A DNA stretch of 64,000 bases. Source: Takakia lepidozioides. Lineage: Eukaryota > Plantae > Bryophyta. The notes beneath the pieces are model-generated. The model was not told the DNA's origin. It was given only the letters and a program-made list of their open reading frames with translations, and ran no database searches. Shown here piece by piece: positions 38,663-54,504 of this stretch. The DNA is taken from NCBI GenBank assembly GCA_030704615.1, contig CM060731.1, positions 10,478,001-10,542,000 on the forward strand, given 5' to 3'. Made by a program: the position numbers and the translations under genes. Within the stretch, counting starts at the first letter, position 1. Every line of letters begins with the position of its first letter.

Positions 38663-39808
38663 CGTGTTAGGAGGGTATATTGATTTTTTCTACCCTCAGG
38701 GTAAGGGTATACATGATTTTGGGGGTCAAACTTATCCTCAGGGTAAGGGTATAATCTATTTTTTGAAAACATTTACCCTCCGGGTAAGGGTACATATAAA
38801 TTTTTGGTAAACATAGCACCCACATATACCATGAGGGTAAGGGTAATTGCAGGATAATGGTACCATTTTTATATCCTCAGGATATCCCAGGGTAATTATA
38901 AAGGGTAAATTAATTTTTTAAATTTTATTTGTGAATTTTATTAAGTACTTAGAATAAAGCTTTTTGTTTTTTATAAGAGGGACAGAGGCCCTACAAAAAC
39001 TTTATTGAAGTGGCAAAATGAGAACAGAGAGGAAGGAAAAATAACCTCCTAAGGGACCGTAAAGGCGTATCACATGGGGAACACCCAGCACTGGTAGGGA
39101 GTTGGGGGGGAAAGCAGGAGTTAACTAAGAACCAAAACCTCGGTGGGGGGAGAGAATTGCCAGAGGGCCTAGGTGGCATTTCCTATATAACATTTCCCCG
39201 TTATATAGAATTTAACGGGATATGCCTTTTATTTATATTTTTGTTTATTTTTTATGTGGCTTACGAATAGCAAAATTTTAGCCCTCATTTATGCTCCTCT
39301 AATGGCCCCAAAATATAATAACAAAACAACACGTTTGATCATAATGAGGTCGCTTTGCACCATAGATAAGAGAATGGCGGGTACCGAGGAAAGAGAGAGC
39401 GGCAGTCTAGCACACGCTTTTTCCAAGGAGAGAGTGGCAAGGACCGGTTTTGGAGCACAAGCTGCGAAGAGGAAGACCAACGAAGGGGGGAAAAAAAATA
39501 AAAAAAAATGCTAGTGTTTGCCCTATCTACTAGCAAATACCACACCTAAACCTAAACCCCTAGTAATCAAATTATTATACCCTTCCCTATTACCCGGCCA
39601 TTGAACAGATTTACCCTCGGGGTAAGGGTATCCTTCGAAATTTCAAACCCCAGGGTATAATCCATTAAGGGTATAACAAAAATAATTACCCCTGACAAGG
39701 GTAGGATAAGGGTATTTTGGAATTTCCAGGGTAGGGTATATCTATATACCCTTATTGGGTTTTACCCTCAGGGTATAATGGCAGAAAAAAGGTATCCTCC
39801 CAACACTG
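38663..39808. mobile_element. Non-autonomous hAT-like element
   Basis: TIRs c(a)gtgttaggagggta / tatcctcccaacactg; 8-bp TSD gattgaac (38655-62, 39809-16); many AGGGTA/TACCCT subterminal repeats. Confidence 0.85.
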
Positions 39809-40129
39809 GATTGAACTTTGTGAAATTACAGGTGATGTCATACTTGTTTCAAAATGTGTCATATAAGAGGTCCATTTGACATTGAAGTGCTTGTGAAGTA
39901 GCAGTACTGAACAATTCATTGAACGTCCACTTGGAAGTCAAATGATGTAATATTACATTATGTAATCACGATAAACAAATGGGTCGCATCGAACATGGGG
40001 CAGACTCCTACTCTACCATACTCGATACAACTTGCTAGTAATTTTATTGATTGAATCTTCATATTAAGCACAATGTTCACATACCACGCCATTGGAATGA
40101 ATCATGTTTTGGATGTGACAAGGGCAGTA

Positions 40130-40235
40130 GGCTGGAATCTCCGGATGATTTTTGGTAGGTTTCTAGGGGCAATTTACTGCAGCTGGGTGCCCAAAATTGG
40201 TAAAAAGTCAAAAAAGGGCTTGGGAACTTTAAGGG
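40130..40235 (-). mobile_element. Inverted end fragment of the piggyBac-like element at 60188
   Basis: Reverse complement of ~60188-60292, ending ...aaggg followed by TTAA. Confidence 0.85.
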
Positions 40236-40559
40236 TTAAAGACAATGATACGAATGGAAAGCTCTTCAGAGAGAGTTTTTTTTTTTTTTTTGGGCCCTAT
40301 CCCAAAAAGTTGAATCACAATGCATAAATTCTAATGGCACCTAGAGGGCTCAATGTTAACAAATTGTGCATCATTGTTCCCATTGTGGTTCATCCTTGGT
40401 ACTCGTAACCATTTTAAGTGATAAAGATTCCATTGGAAAGCTCTTAATGTTCTTTATCTTTTTGCAGTTGGAGCAATTTTCAATATAGTATATCTCACCC
40501 TAACTCTATTATTCCATGTTCAACATACCTCCCCCAGCTCCATACCCCTAGCCTTTCCC

Positions 40560-42080
40560 GCCCACCTTGACTATTTACTTGTACGCACATGCGGCATGAA
40601 GGTCACCATTTACCCGCACCGAAACCCCCACCTCCCTTCCACTATCCCTATAACCTTGCATTTGGCCTATCCCCCAAGATTAACCCAAGCAAGGCCTGGA
40701 CAAGAGCGCTAATGTGCCCTTCTGATCCTTTTCTTATCCGAAACCACCTATCTCGCCCCTCCTCCCACCACCATCACCCGGGCCGGAACCTCATTACAAC
40801 CATCGTCAATCTTGCTATCTCCATGGACACCCTGTCCACTTTATCAAAGTTCGCTCACATATCGGTATTAGCGGCAATGAAGCGGCCGACCTCCTCGCTC
40901 AAGAAGGTGCTTTCAGATCCCCAGTAGATCCCACGAATGATCCTATGCACATTGGGCACACCCATCCATTCTGACTAATACACCTCGTACCAGATCTCCC
41001 TGAACCTCGACCAATACGTAACCTTTTGACCATACTCACTCGTGAAGCCAACAAAAAAGCCCTAGCGTCTATCAGCTGCACCAAAGTACACATAAAAAAA
41101 TGAACTTAATTCATCGTACTCCGTCATAAGCTGTCAAACTACTTCTGGCACACCAAAGCCGCAACCGAATCTACACAAATACGACAAACACTCAAATTCA
41201 GATACGCTCAGTATATAGGCCACCAACGCAAACACATTTTCTGACCACGCCTATACTCATCCCCACATTGCTTACTTTGCTCACACACCCATCAGGTGCA
41301 TGACATCTGGCCTTACCTCCTCAGCTAATGTACCCACCAGCCTGTCATCCATGGACTTCGTATAACTCGACATAACCACGCAGTTTGACACATTCATAAA
41401 CTCCTGATGCACAACATTGAAATCAGATATTGGTTCTCACTCAAGTCTAGCACCTACCAAGACAGACCCCCAGACCATAGTGTCCCACCATGGTTATTCC
41501 CATGTGTATGCTCCCACTCACCCTGCATTTGCCCTGCCTGACTATGCCCGGACATCTTGCTTGTCCACGATTTACCTATAAACGCACCCCCGTCCATTAC
41601 TCCGTCCCCAAACCTCACCATCCACTTTGTCGAATTTACATACTGCCATGATCGTTATCCCAATTCCTCCACTTTAAACAAACGACAGAAATATGTTCCG
41701 CTCATCCTCGCAACTCGCCAACGAGGTTGGAATACCGGCCCACTAACCGTCATCACTGTTGGAACTCGACATTTACAATGCCGATATTATCGCAATATCC
41801 GAAAACTTTAATATCCTTATCTCTTCCATCCATAAATGCTTCAAGGCGATCCACCTCACGACGTTCTACTCCCTCATAGCTATTATCACTAATAAGCGGC
41901 AACTAGAATCCAACCCTCTCGGTAGCATATGTACCCCTATCCTTTGGTTACCCGGTATCCCCTAGACACATACAGGCCTAGCCTGCTTTCTTATAGGGCC
42001 CACCCCCGAAAGGGGGCAGTAGCCGTGAGGCGAAATGACTCTTAGTTACGCGGATTTCGGCCGGAGTCTTCTCTCTCGTA
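40560..42080 (+). mobile_element. 5'-truncated non-LTR retrotransposon with RNaseH, CCHC and restriction-like endonuclease (Dualen/RandI-like)
   Basis: KVRSHIGISGNEAADLLA (~40846), CLLC..RHN (41268-41376), PDILLV...FVEFTYC.D...KRQKY (41549-41694). Confidence 0.75.
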
Positions 42081-42085
42081 CTTGA

Positions 42086-42263
42086 GTAGGTAGCCCAATG
42101 GTTGGGTGTTTGTGCCTTGTCTGTACATAACCTAGGTGATCCTGGGTTCAATCCTTCAACATGTGCCTTCAGACCGTCCATTGGGCCCTCAATAGCCTGT
42201 GTGTTGAGCAGTAGGCTCTGTAAATTCACTGGATGTTAAAGAACCTTTATCTTTATCTTTATC
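42086..42263 (+). mobile_element. tRNA-derived SINE-like sequence with (TTTATC)n tail
   Basis: A-box-like TAGCCCAATGG, B-box GGTTCAATCC, tail tttatc x3; no clear TSD. Confidence 0.45.
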
Positions 42264-42651
42264 TCTAGAGTTTATCTACTTGCCAAATAATTTGAGTGAT
42301 TCAATTTGTAGTTGAAATAATTTTCAAATTAGATTTCATCTAGCTAGGGTAATTTGAGTGTAAAGCAATAGGTAGCTAGTTCATTTCTCTTTGGGGAAGC
42401 TCTCGTGTACCTAAGCATCGTGTCACAACATGCATTGATGTCCACCACATATTCTAAGCACACAATCCTAGAAAGCTATGCTACAACCTTATTGGCCAAT
42501 CGTGGTGTACCGAGCCTACTCTGACACATTCCAAAAATAGGTGCACCATTATAGATGTTCTGCACAGCGTTTTGTGTTCTCACCTTAGAGTCCAAGTAGT
42601 GGTGTACACGGGACCTCTTTCCTTTTGGATGTGAGCTCCACCATGCGTTCC

Positions 42652-42656
<5 letters not shown>

Positions 42657-42692
<36 letters not shown>
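42657..42692. repeat. (TA)n microsatellite
   Basis: Direct observation. Confidence 0.95.
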
Positions 42693-42694
<2 letters not shown>

Positions 42695-45687
42695 CATCTT
42701 CCGAAGGAAGCGTAAAATATGGTGTCTTTGGCCAAAGGGTTGTTGCTTTCAGTAGGGAGGTGGACACATTTGTGACACCAATAGTGGATTGAACCCACAA
42801 CCACTTCCAAAGTCCTATGTGCCCATTACCACTTGGCTACAACTTGGTTCTCTACATCCTACCACATTGATACCTAGGTTCAATGCTTGAAGGCCATGAC
42901 ATTCTATGTTCAATGCTTCAACACCATGAGATCTTGGGTTCAATCTCCAGCTCCATGATATCTTGGCTAAGTTCATTAATCAAAATGTTAGAAGCTGCCA
43001 ATACTTGCCAGATAGCTGAAGAGTAATTTCAACCCATAAAGTCTTACCCATTTTCTTCTACCAGTTTATTTAGAGTATTTTTATTTGTTTTTTTTTGTGT
43101 TAGTGAAAACTAATAAAATCGTTGGATTTTAGTTCAAATATGTGAATACATTGCTATTTAATCTCCCGGACTGATAAATATTTTAAATCTAATTAAATTA
43201 AACAAATATATTTTTAAAATAGAACCGGAACCGGTGGTTTTGATTAGCAACTAACCGGTAACCGGAACTGCCCCAATGTTTAAAAGTTGGATCCGGAACC
43301 GGCTCAATAAAAAAAAACCGGAACCGGATCCGGAACTGTCTCTTGAAATAATTGTGGAACTAGAACCGAAGGTTCCTTTACAAATGCAAGAACTGCCCAA
43401 CATTGGTAAAAACCAGCTCAAAACAGGTAACAAAGATTCATAGGCCCTTATGAGTCATAGTGTTAACAAGATCAAAGCACGACACCCTCAGATCATTTTG
43501 TATAACAAATGAGGATCGTCGATTTTTAAGCACACCGCTACCTACTAGAATTCATGTAGCAATTTTTTTAAAAACTAGCAAAATGAACCTTACACACTCA
43601 CCAAAAATGAACCCAAAAATGAACCCATTTCACCGTTGAGTATGGAAGATTACTTGGTCCTAGAGGGGATTTTTTTTTTTTTGGGGGGGGGGGGGGGCGG
43701 GGGGCAGTGTTGACCAACCAATTTGAGGCGAATCTAAATTTTTGTTGGGTGTTTCTCCCACATATTCCTAATGCCAAAAAAAAAAGGGTTAAAAGACAAG
43801 TTTAACATGGAGCTGCTTTGTATGTGTTTTTGTGGGGGTGAAACTGCCCTCATTACAAGGACTTTCAAAAGTGACGTCTACCTCCACAAGAGCCTATAGA
43901 AAATGATGAAAACCCTCCACTGAGGGAGCCTGCCAACTTATCCCATTACATCTAGGAGCATGCCCAGCAGGCGCTCTATCTGGCGCGCTATCACCAGATT
44001 AGCGGCCGCCGAGATCGCGCATCCCCGGCAGCACCTCCATGCGCTTCAAAATGGTGAGCCTCACCAAAAATCGTCGCACTCCCACGCTATCTTCCTGCCC
44101 TTTGGTGTGTGGCATTCTCCCAAACTACGTACCGCTCAGCCTCACACGTAATGACGGGTGGCAAGGCAGGTGGCAGGCCACGGTCACCTCAGCTTGCGCC
44201 ATTACTCCCCTTTGGTCATGGCGTGTTGTTGCTAAGGCTCTTGCCAGGCGACGCGCGCTATCTATCTTGCCTACCATACAGCCAACATGTAGCCCAGTAG
44301 TAAGGGCACATACCCTCTCACGAGTGGTTGTGGGTTCAATGCACATGATGGAAGTCATTGCGGTGTCCACCTTCCCACCGGAAGGCAGTAGCCCTATGGG
44401 GTCAAGTGACACCATAAGTTATGCTTGCTTAGGCAACGCGTCCACCTTTTTTTTTTTCTTGCCTCTCTCACGAGCATAGTGATAGTGTGCGACAATTTAG
44501 TGAGCCTCTGCTGGGCATGCTCTAAGCCCTTGCCAAATTACACGTGTAAAATTTGGAAATTTTGCACCTCAACTGTTGTCCAACTGACCATCGTGTGAAG
44601 TGTCCAGTCTGGTGGCCTTCATGTCACAGGGCACAAGTGGACGTCCTGTCGGCCCCGGCATTGCAAATATGATATTCCTGCCAACATGTGGCCCACTTAG
44701 GGCTGGCCACGCAAACTGCATGGCCCTCTCCGACATGCAAATGAATTTGAGCTCTTCATTCTTGGGAATATGTGAACGTGGCAAAATTTCTCCGAATGGC
44801 ATGCTGCCAATTGGAGCACCTCTGCCATATCGTCAGCTCTAATATTGCTGAAGGAACAAAGTGAAAGGCGCCTCGGAATGGCCAGGCGCCTCCTCCTGGC
44901 AGGATGAAACTTCCCGAAGAGCCAACAACTTCCCGAGGAACTTTCTAGACTGACTCGGCCTTCCCTCACCGCACCTGCTCCCAAGTAAGTTCAACAGCTG
45001 TCAGTTTGTGGTTGCTCGCGCAGCCGATGCTCTTGAAGCTTCCCCAAGCGTGGTCACCGACGCGTCATCGGTGCTTTTCGTCCACCGGCTGCACATCCGT
45101 CTCCGTTTTCATCCGTCGTGCCCGAGACCGTTTGTCCACCGCCGGCGCCTTCCCGAACCTTCCCGTACCCCGGGGCCGGATACCGTCTTCTCCGGTCGTA
45201 CGTCATTGGGATTTCCGGTCACAGACTTAGGGTAGGGTATTTTAGTCTATTCCTTTTCAGTTTTTTAGTTTACTTTTAGTAAAGATTACTACAGGTTAGA
45301 AAAGAAAAGATGAAATAAAAGTTAAGAGTATCCCGTTACAGAGTAGCCTTTTAATTTTAGTCTGTTAATTTTAGTTTATATTGTTATTAAGTTAGATTGT
45401 ATTTTAATCTCTATTTTACGGTAGTTTAATTCTAGTCTACTATTTCTATTTAATTTTTTTCTTAAGTAAAGGTTACGCTGGGGCTGGTGTTTACTTGGAA
45501 TAGAAAGTAAATGGATGCGATTTACTACAGGTTAATTTGGAAAAGATGGAATAAAAGTAAAATGTACAGAAGAAGGCAGAACGACGACCGGCTATGGCCG
45601 GTGGGGGGTGAGGTTCGGCGAAGGCCTCGTGTTTCTCGAGCAGCTCCTTCGCCGTCTCTTGTTTACTTTTTCTTTGCTGTTCTGCGT

Positions 45688-45695
45688 TATATAAG
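45688..45695 (+). promoter_or_regulatory. TATA box of polyubiquitin
   Basis: TATATAAG ~160 bp upstream of the ATG, followed by a CT-rich leader. Confidence 0.6.
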
Positions 45696-45842
45696 CGCAG
45701 GCCTTCGCTCTCTCTTATCACTTCTTACTTCCTTGGGAATTGTAGAGCGCTCTCTCACAGTTCTCTGTCTGCTCTCATAGCTTTCTCTCTGTGTAGTGCT
45801 AGAGTGTGCGCTTGTAGTTGTTTCTGTAAGATTGTAATTTGA

Positions 45843-47906
<2,064 letters not shown>

Positions 47907-49716
47907 GCTTCATAATGGGAGTATTTACACAATAAAGCATCTTTTTCCTTATATGGCTGTCCACACTTCGTGAGTGTTTCCTATGTATGCTCCCAGTTCA
48001 TGGACTCCATCATTTGTTGTTATGTTTATCCACACTTATGCACACTGAGTCTATGTGAGGATGTGCTTGTGTAGCAACAATCTGAGTAGATAAAGCAGGA
48101 GGGATGCAGGGAAGGGTTCGAGAAGCGTTGGTATGTTTGAGAATGTTAAAAGTGAAAACCCTAATAATTTGTTGCACTCTGTTACGGAATTGATTCTCAT
48201 GTCTAGTGATGTGGGGAGTGCGCCTGTGGATATGTATTATATTGGACATATATTTCACTGTGTCTAGCTCCCTGAAGTAAGCCTGGTAACCTCCCTGCAT
48301 TCCCCAAATGTGTAAAACTGATGGACGTTAAATTGCAACTTCATGTCGCCCAGTAGGTGGTTACTGGTATGCTTCTGCAAATTTTGTCCACCAAACTGTA
48401 TTATTCTTCTCACTTCAATCTCAGCAGAGACAATAGGCACCTGAAGGACTGAAGCTTGCTGCTTTGGATGTGATCCTTTGCCAAGTACTTGGTGAACAAT
48501 TTCCAGTAGATTCAGCTTACTGTGCCAATTGCAATTTCGAAACACTAACAGTTGTGCTGTCGCTATGATCTGTTTGTGTTTCCCATACAATTCCTTGTCT
48601 CAAATGCAAAAGCTAGAAAGGTTGTGTGATCAGGCGCGGGTGATCGTTTTGGAGGCATTTTTCGAAATCATCACGAGAAATTTTCTATGATAATATCTGT
48701 TCAAGATTAGCGAGGCTTCAAAGCCTCGATCAGTAATAAGTGAGGCTTCAAGGGAGTGGTATTTTAGCGTCACAGCCTCCACGAAGCAGATGTTGTCTAA
48801 TCAGTGGGGTTTCTATGCAAAGACAGAATGGTGCTATTGCTCCATAGAACCAGCACAAAGACACCAAGTAGAAATGTACAGACTTAGAATGAAACCTGGA
48901 AATGAAGAAGACGACGATTATCACTGGCAATCAGTGCACAACTCTCTATGTAAAACTTGGATTTTGGAACCAGGAGTTGGCCATTTCTGGCGACCCGCCC
49001 GAGCGAACAGTCGGGCTGCGGGTGAGCTAGGCCACGCCGCCCTTGGGTCCACTGGGTGACCCTTGGAATAGTGCAGCGACAGGTTCTGCTATGTTTCACC
49101 GGGTGGGTCTCAGGGACGGACAAAACAGCGGGCGACAACAAAGGCTATGTATGACCCATTTGATAAACCTTGTCCTCCTTGACAGCAATTTAACAAGAAA
49201 GTCCATCCAACTGCGTCGTCAGCCGGGAGCCGAAACCGGGTCAACTGCTAGGCAGGCAATTACTCTGACCGTTGGACTACAAACGCGAACACATGCATGA
49301 TGGCTTATCGAATGGAATTTGAACTCTTAATACGATGTATTAAAACAACTCGGTTAAGGTGTTTGTGTTAGGTTAAACGTGTTTTGATTAAAGGACGCGG
49401 AAATTTTGAAATGAAGGCCGTTGAGTTGCTCTGTTATAGATCTTCCGTCTGCCGTTGTTCTTGTAGGGAGACGTTGCGAGAGAGGAGAGACTTATAGACG
49501 CAATTCAGGAGTTGTGGTGCATCTCAAACGCCTTTGAGCATGTGCGAGCAGACAGTGTGAGTTACAGCCGAGAGTCACTGAGAAAGGAATCCAGAGACAG
49601 AGAAGAGTCCCATTGACGTGAAAGGACCCGGCTGAGTGAGTGCCTCCTTAGTCTGGGTGTGTGAGGCGTGGAAGGGTTGACCGGTCGGTTCTTGCTTGTA
49701 ATCTGAGATGCTGTGA

Positions 49717-52700
49717 ATGATGAGGAGCAGCATGCAGATAGTAGTGGTGAGCGCTGTGGTGGCGTGTGTATTGTTCTTTGGACATGTCGGAGGAGTAGGG
49801 GCTTCGCACTTCTGCCAGGAAGTCATTGAGCCCCTGGGCTATGGATGCACAGAATACACGGTACGCATTTAAATTGGCTACCGATTGTGCATAATGCTCG
49901 GGCCATATGTGACCTTATACTACTAGATTGCTGTGCATAGTTTGTTCGAGTTGCTTGTGACAGGCTTCAAATCGTGGCCTGTTTATTGGTTAATGTTTTC
50001 CAAATCCCAGTCACTGGCAGTTTATAAGAGAGGTGACGTCTACATGCAGTAGGCTTCATCATTTTGACTCCATGAAACACTCGGTACATAGATTCAATGC
50101 GAATTCAATAAATTCAATGACAGGGGTTCCGACCATTACTTCTTACAGGGTGCAGGCCTGAATTTTATTGATTTCCTACACCTGTAGTTGGTGTCAAAGT
50201 CATGCACCTTCGGAACCCGTTCGAAATAAAGAGATCGTGGCTGGTCTAGTATTTTGTGGCGTTCATGTTCTTGAGCGACTGTGCAGTGTACGCTAGATAC
50301 AAGTGACATCCGTCCAGCTTATTGAGTTTTGCGCTACAATGCGTTATTTTAACCAGCCATGCAAAAAATTCATGCCATATAGCAATGTCAGATTTCATCT
50401 TTTCAAAGGTGGCCATAAAGTGTGCTCATGTATGCTCATAACGGTCACTGGTCGTTGAATGATGCTGGTGCTGAGAAGCAGGTGGAAACAGATGACGGAT
50501 TTGTGTTGGTGATGCATCGATTGGCTCTTCACTCATTTGCAAATGAAAACGTCACAAGTAAGTCAGGCGTATTATCCGCACATGGTCTTGCGGGAACGAA
50601 ACATAGTTTCTCAAAGTCACCTGAGCGCAATAGTCCGGCAGCAAAGAATGATATAGGAAAGTCTGGTGACCGAGGGACACCGCAGGGCAAGGGCTTGAAG
50701 TCACATGAGCCTGGCAAGAAGGTACCGGCAGAATCATCTCAGTCACCTCGAGATAAAACACCTGTAACTAGTCCGGCACCAAAGAATGATACAGGAAAGT
50801 CTGGTGCACCGCAGGGCAAGGGTTTGAAGTCACCTGAGCGCAAGAAGGCACCGGAACCATCACCTAAGCCACCTCGAGATAAAACTCCTGCAACTAGTCC
50901 GGCACCAAAGAATGATACAGGAAGATCTGGTGACCGCGGGACACCGCAGGGCAAGGGTTTGAAAAACTACACTGCGAATCCAGGGGTGAGGCCACAAAAT
51001 TTCATGCTAGTACAAAATCAGGGATAAGTGCCTATATTAGATGCCTGGCCCGGCATATTTCGAACGACTTCTGTAGTATGAGCCTTATAATGTGAATTCT
51101 CGGGACTAGAAAGTCACTGTATGCGAAGGAAGTATGCCAAGTACACTATACACTGCCGCATGTTAAGAGTTGAGCGTGCATAAAGCCAAATTTGTGGTAA
51201 CGTTATGATATCCCATGCTGCTGTCCAGAATTCAACTTGCTATACATCTAGCAATATGCCAGAGAGCTATTATGCATCCGTGTATGGAGCCTTGACTCTA
51301 GATTTAACAAATGTTGTTTAAGATGACCTGGGAAATATGTGTCCTAATTTGTAACGTAAAGTACATTTGTATGTAGTTGCCAACATTGGCATCAACTGCT
51401 TGGAGTTTGGACATATATGAACCTTGAAAGTGGCTTGTTGTGTACAGGCAGGAAAGGGTGAGCCGGTCCTGTTAATGCATCAAGAATTCCTAAATGGTCA
51501 AAGCTGGTTCCAGTATGTGGATGACGAGCATGCCGGCAACCTGCTGCCAGTAATGCTGTTGAAAGATGGTTTTGATGTGTGGGTAGGGCACCAGCGTGCC
51601 ACTTTCTGGGGGCATGACCATGTTATTCTGCGTTTCACACAGCAGGTAGGCTACACCGCCACTTTTAACGATCCAACCTGCACGGGGTTTGTTTTGTACT
51701 TTAGTTACTTGCGGGTTGCAAAAAGGGATTAACTGTGGCAGAACATCAGTGCCACAGAGTATCACTTCAGTTTATTTCGAGTCCTGCTGTGCCAAGTCAG
51801 TTTGCGCACGAGATTAATGATTAATGTCGGATAGGTACGTACGTTGCATCCAGATAGGCGAAGCTTATTAAATGAAGAAGAGGAAGCATTCGAGATCCGA
51901 GTCAACTTCTAGAGCTCTAGATGAGTGAAGGATGACCAGTCTCTGCCGGCCTGCTATATGGACTGATTTTTGTGTGCCAGTGGCATTTTGTCAACTCATC
52001 TCAGAGCATTCATGGCCCACTGGTTGGTCTCCTGGCTCCTGCATGTAGGCCTTCTGGAACTGGACATGGGACCAGCATGCAGAATATGACCTGCCTGCAC
52101 AGCTTCGCTTCATCAATGCTGAGACGAACCAAACTGTGCACTACATTGGCGTGTCACAGGTACGAACTGGTGCCGTGACAATTGATATAAGTCCAGCGAT
52201 GTCCGCATAGGCATGACATTTAGGGCCTCTGTCGAACATTGTTTTATCAATGTATAATTGTCTGTGCACCATCAAACTGGCTGAACCCAAGCTAGTTGAC
52301 TAGAGCTGTGCAGGCCACTGGAACTGGAACTGTGATTATTGTCCATGGATTTTGGAAGATCATGCATTGTAGAGATTCCAAATTTGTTGATACCCCTTGC
52401 CTCTGATCAGTACTGGTCGCTCTATACTTCTGTTTTTTTTAAGAACCATCTGTGGCACGTATAGTCACATGTACAAGCGGAGCTTTCCCTTATTGGAGTG
52501 ATGTGAACTTCTGCCGAACATATATCGATCAATTCACTTTTGTCGGGCGCTGTTTTGCAGGCAGCCACTGTGGGAGCCGCAGGTGCAACAAATAAGAACA
52601 CAGTACCCATGATGCGGAGCCTCACATTAATTGGGCCCACTGCATACCGCGGGAACACCAACTCTCTTCTGCTGGATGCCTGGGCTTACTTTTTTGGGCT

Positions 52701-54504
52701 CGCACTGGACTCGGTAGGGATCCTAATGGTTGAGGAACCAGATCTCAAAATTCATGAACATTAAGTTGATGAGTTCCAGATTGCAGATTCAAATACGAAT
52801 TTTTCATATACTGGGAATTTAATTGGATCCTTCGAGGATCACAGACTGCTATTTAGTACTGAAATTGTCTGTTGACAGTGGCAATTGCGTTAGACCATTT
52901 GCACCTGCTCGAACGTAGTACTTACCATATGTGGACATCTGCCTTTTGGATCGTGAATATGACTTTGTGACCCTTCATATCTCCTTCATGTGCAGCAATA
53001 CTATGAAACCGGCTTTCAGAACGGAGCCTTCAACTATTCCTCGTGAGTATCCAGCATCTTAATAGCTCTACATTTGGTTCATCCATGTTGGTGACAGCCC
53101 TTGACCAGTGGCAGATGAACTGGACAAAGCACACTTGAGTCTAAGTCACTTTCAGAGTCTTGAGTTTTCTCGTATGTGTGATTCGTGGTTGTGCAAAAAC
53201 TTGCTACTCTAGAGGCTTTAGATATTCATCGTGAGATGGTATCTTGCAGAATGTTTTCAATGTCAAAGTCCCCAATACAGGTCCCATACAGGTGCGTCCG
53301 ATAGGACTGTATAACGGTCCTTTCAATTTGTCATTGTTCGTTGGGCTGCCTCGGGAAAAAGCAGATTACTGATGCCCCGGTGTCATTTCTCTGACAGGGA
53401 GTTCCCACCAGGGCCCATTGAAGGTGATGGCCTTACTGGTCTCGCAATTGGCCTGATATCAGGTACGAAAATGCAGCTTGTTGTTTACATGTGGGAGGAA
53501 TGAAATACAATGATGCTTAAATACAACGTCCGCCTAAAAACTCAAGGAGCTTATGTTGGCATCAAAAGACAGAAGAAAACGGAATATGGGCCACACTAGA
53601 CGTAGACAAATTCCCTGTACATATGCACCAGGAGGGTAGGCTTGCTTGAGGTAGCTGTGTATAAGTGTGGCCGTGATTTTCTTTTGTGCCACATGCTAGA
53701 CTGTTATGATGATCAGAAGGCTGTTTCATATCATGGCATGTCATGGATCCAAAACCAGCGAAGCCCATGTTTGCAAGGGCATTGTGCAAGTGGCCGAGTC
53801 TTTTACATTCTAATGACTACATACAACTTTTACCTTTCAACTGCTGCAGGCCCTAATTGCTGTCTGGGAACGGGTGTCATCTCCTTTGAAAACGGCTGGG
53901 ATGGCACCACCTCCTTCAAGAACCTTTTGCACTGGCAGCAAGGTCTGATATCGCTGACAGAAGACACCGAGTCCATGAAAATCATTTCTTAACATGCTGA
54001 GTCTTCACTGGTTAAATAAACCTCAATATGCAATATTGTTGATAAAGACAGTGACGAGCGTAGTACGACGTCCAGCAACTACATGGTGATTGTCACACTT
54101 GTAATATAAAAGCCAAGCAGATGAGATGTATTCTTATGTGAGTGACTTGCGATCACGGATCTTCATGTGTACCAGGAATCAGGCGGAATAGCTGGGCCCG
54201 TTTTGACTATAGTAGTACCAACGGTGTGGCATATGGACGACCGACACCCCCAACCTATAATCCTGCGCTAATTCCAGCATCACTTCAAGTGCTCGTCATC
54301 TTTGGCGGCCAGGATTGGACTGCTCCTCCAGAGGATGTAAGGATTTTCATGACCCAGATGCAGCGGCCACCTGCAAGGGTGAGCTTGCCAAACTACGCGC
54401 ACTATGATCTCAGCTACAGCGCAGCCCGAGAAAGGGATGTCTATGTGCCGATTCTCTCATTCCTGGAAGGCGCTCACATTTCCGTCCAGCCCATCATGGA
54501 CTAG
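49717..54504 (+). CDS. Secreted triacylglycerol lipase-like alpha/beta hydrolase (acid lipase family), multi-exon
   Basis: Signal peptide exon 49717-49860 (C...IEPLGYGCTEYT); exon from 50482 VETDDGFVLVMHRL; PVLLMH; GFDVWVG; FWNWTWD..AEYDLPA; HYIGVSQ/A; KNLLHWQQ; FDY..PPTYN; GGQD; YAHYD. Confidence 0.88.

Noticed and set aside
42010-42040. Hammerhead ribozyme suggested by GCCGTGAGGCGAAA
   Set aside because: The CUGANGA core is absent.
43220-43380. AACCGG repeat cluster
   Set aside because: Likely a MITE subterminal fragment; no paired ends found.
43950-45250. GC-rich stretch with short ORFs upstream of UBQ
   Set aside because: No recognisable motif; probably decayed TE.
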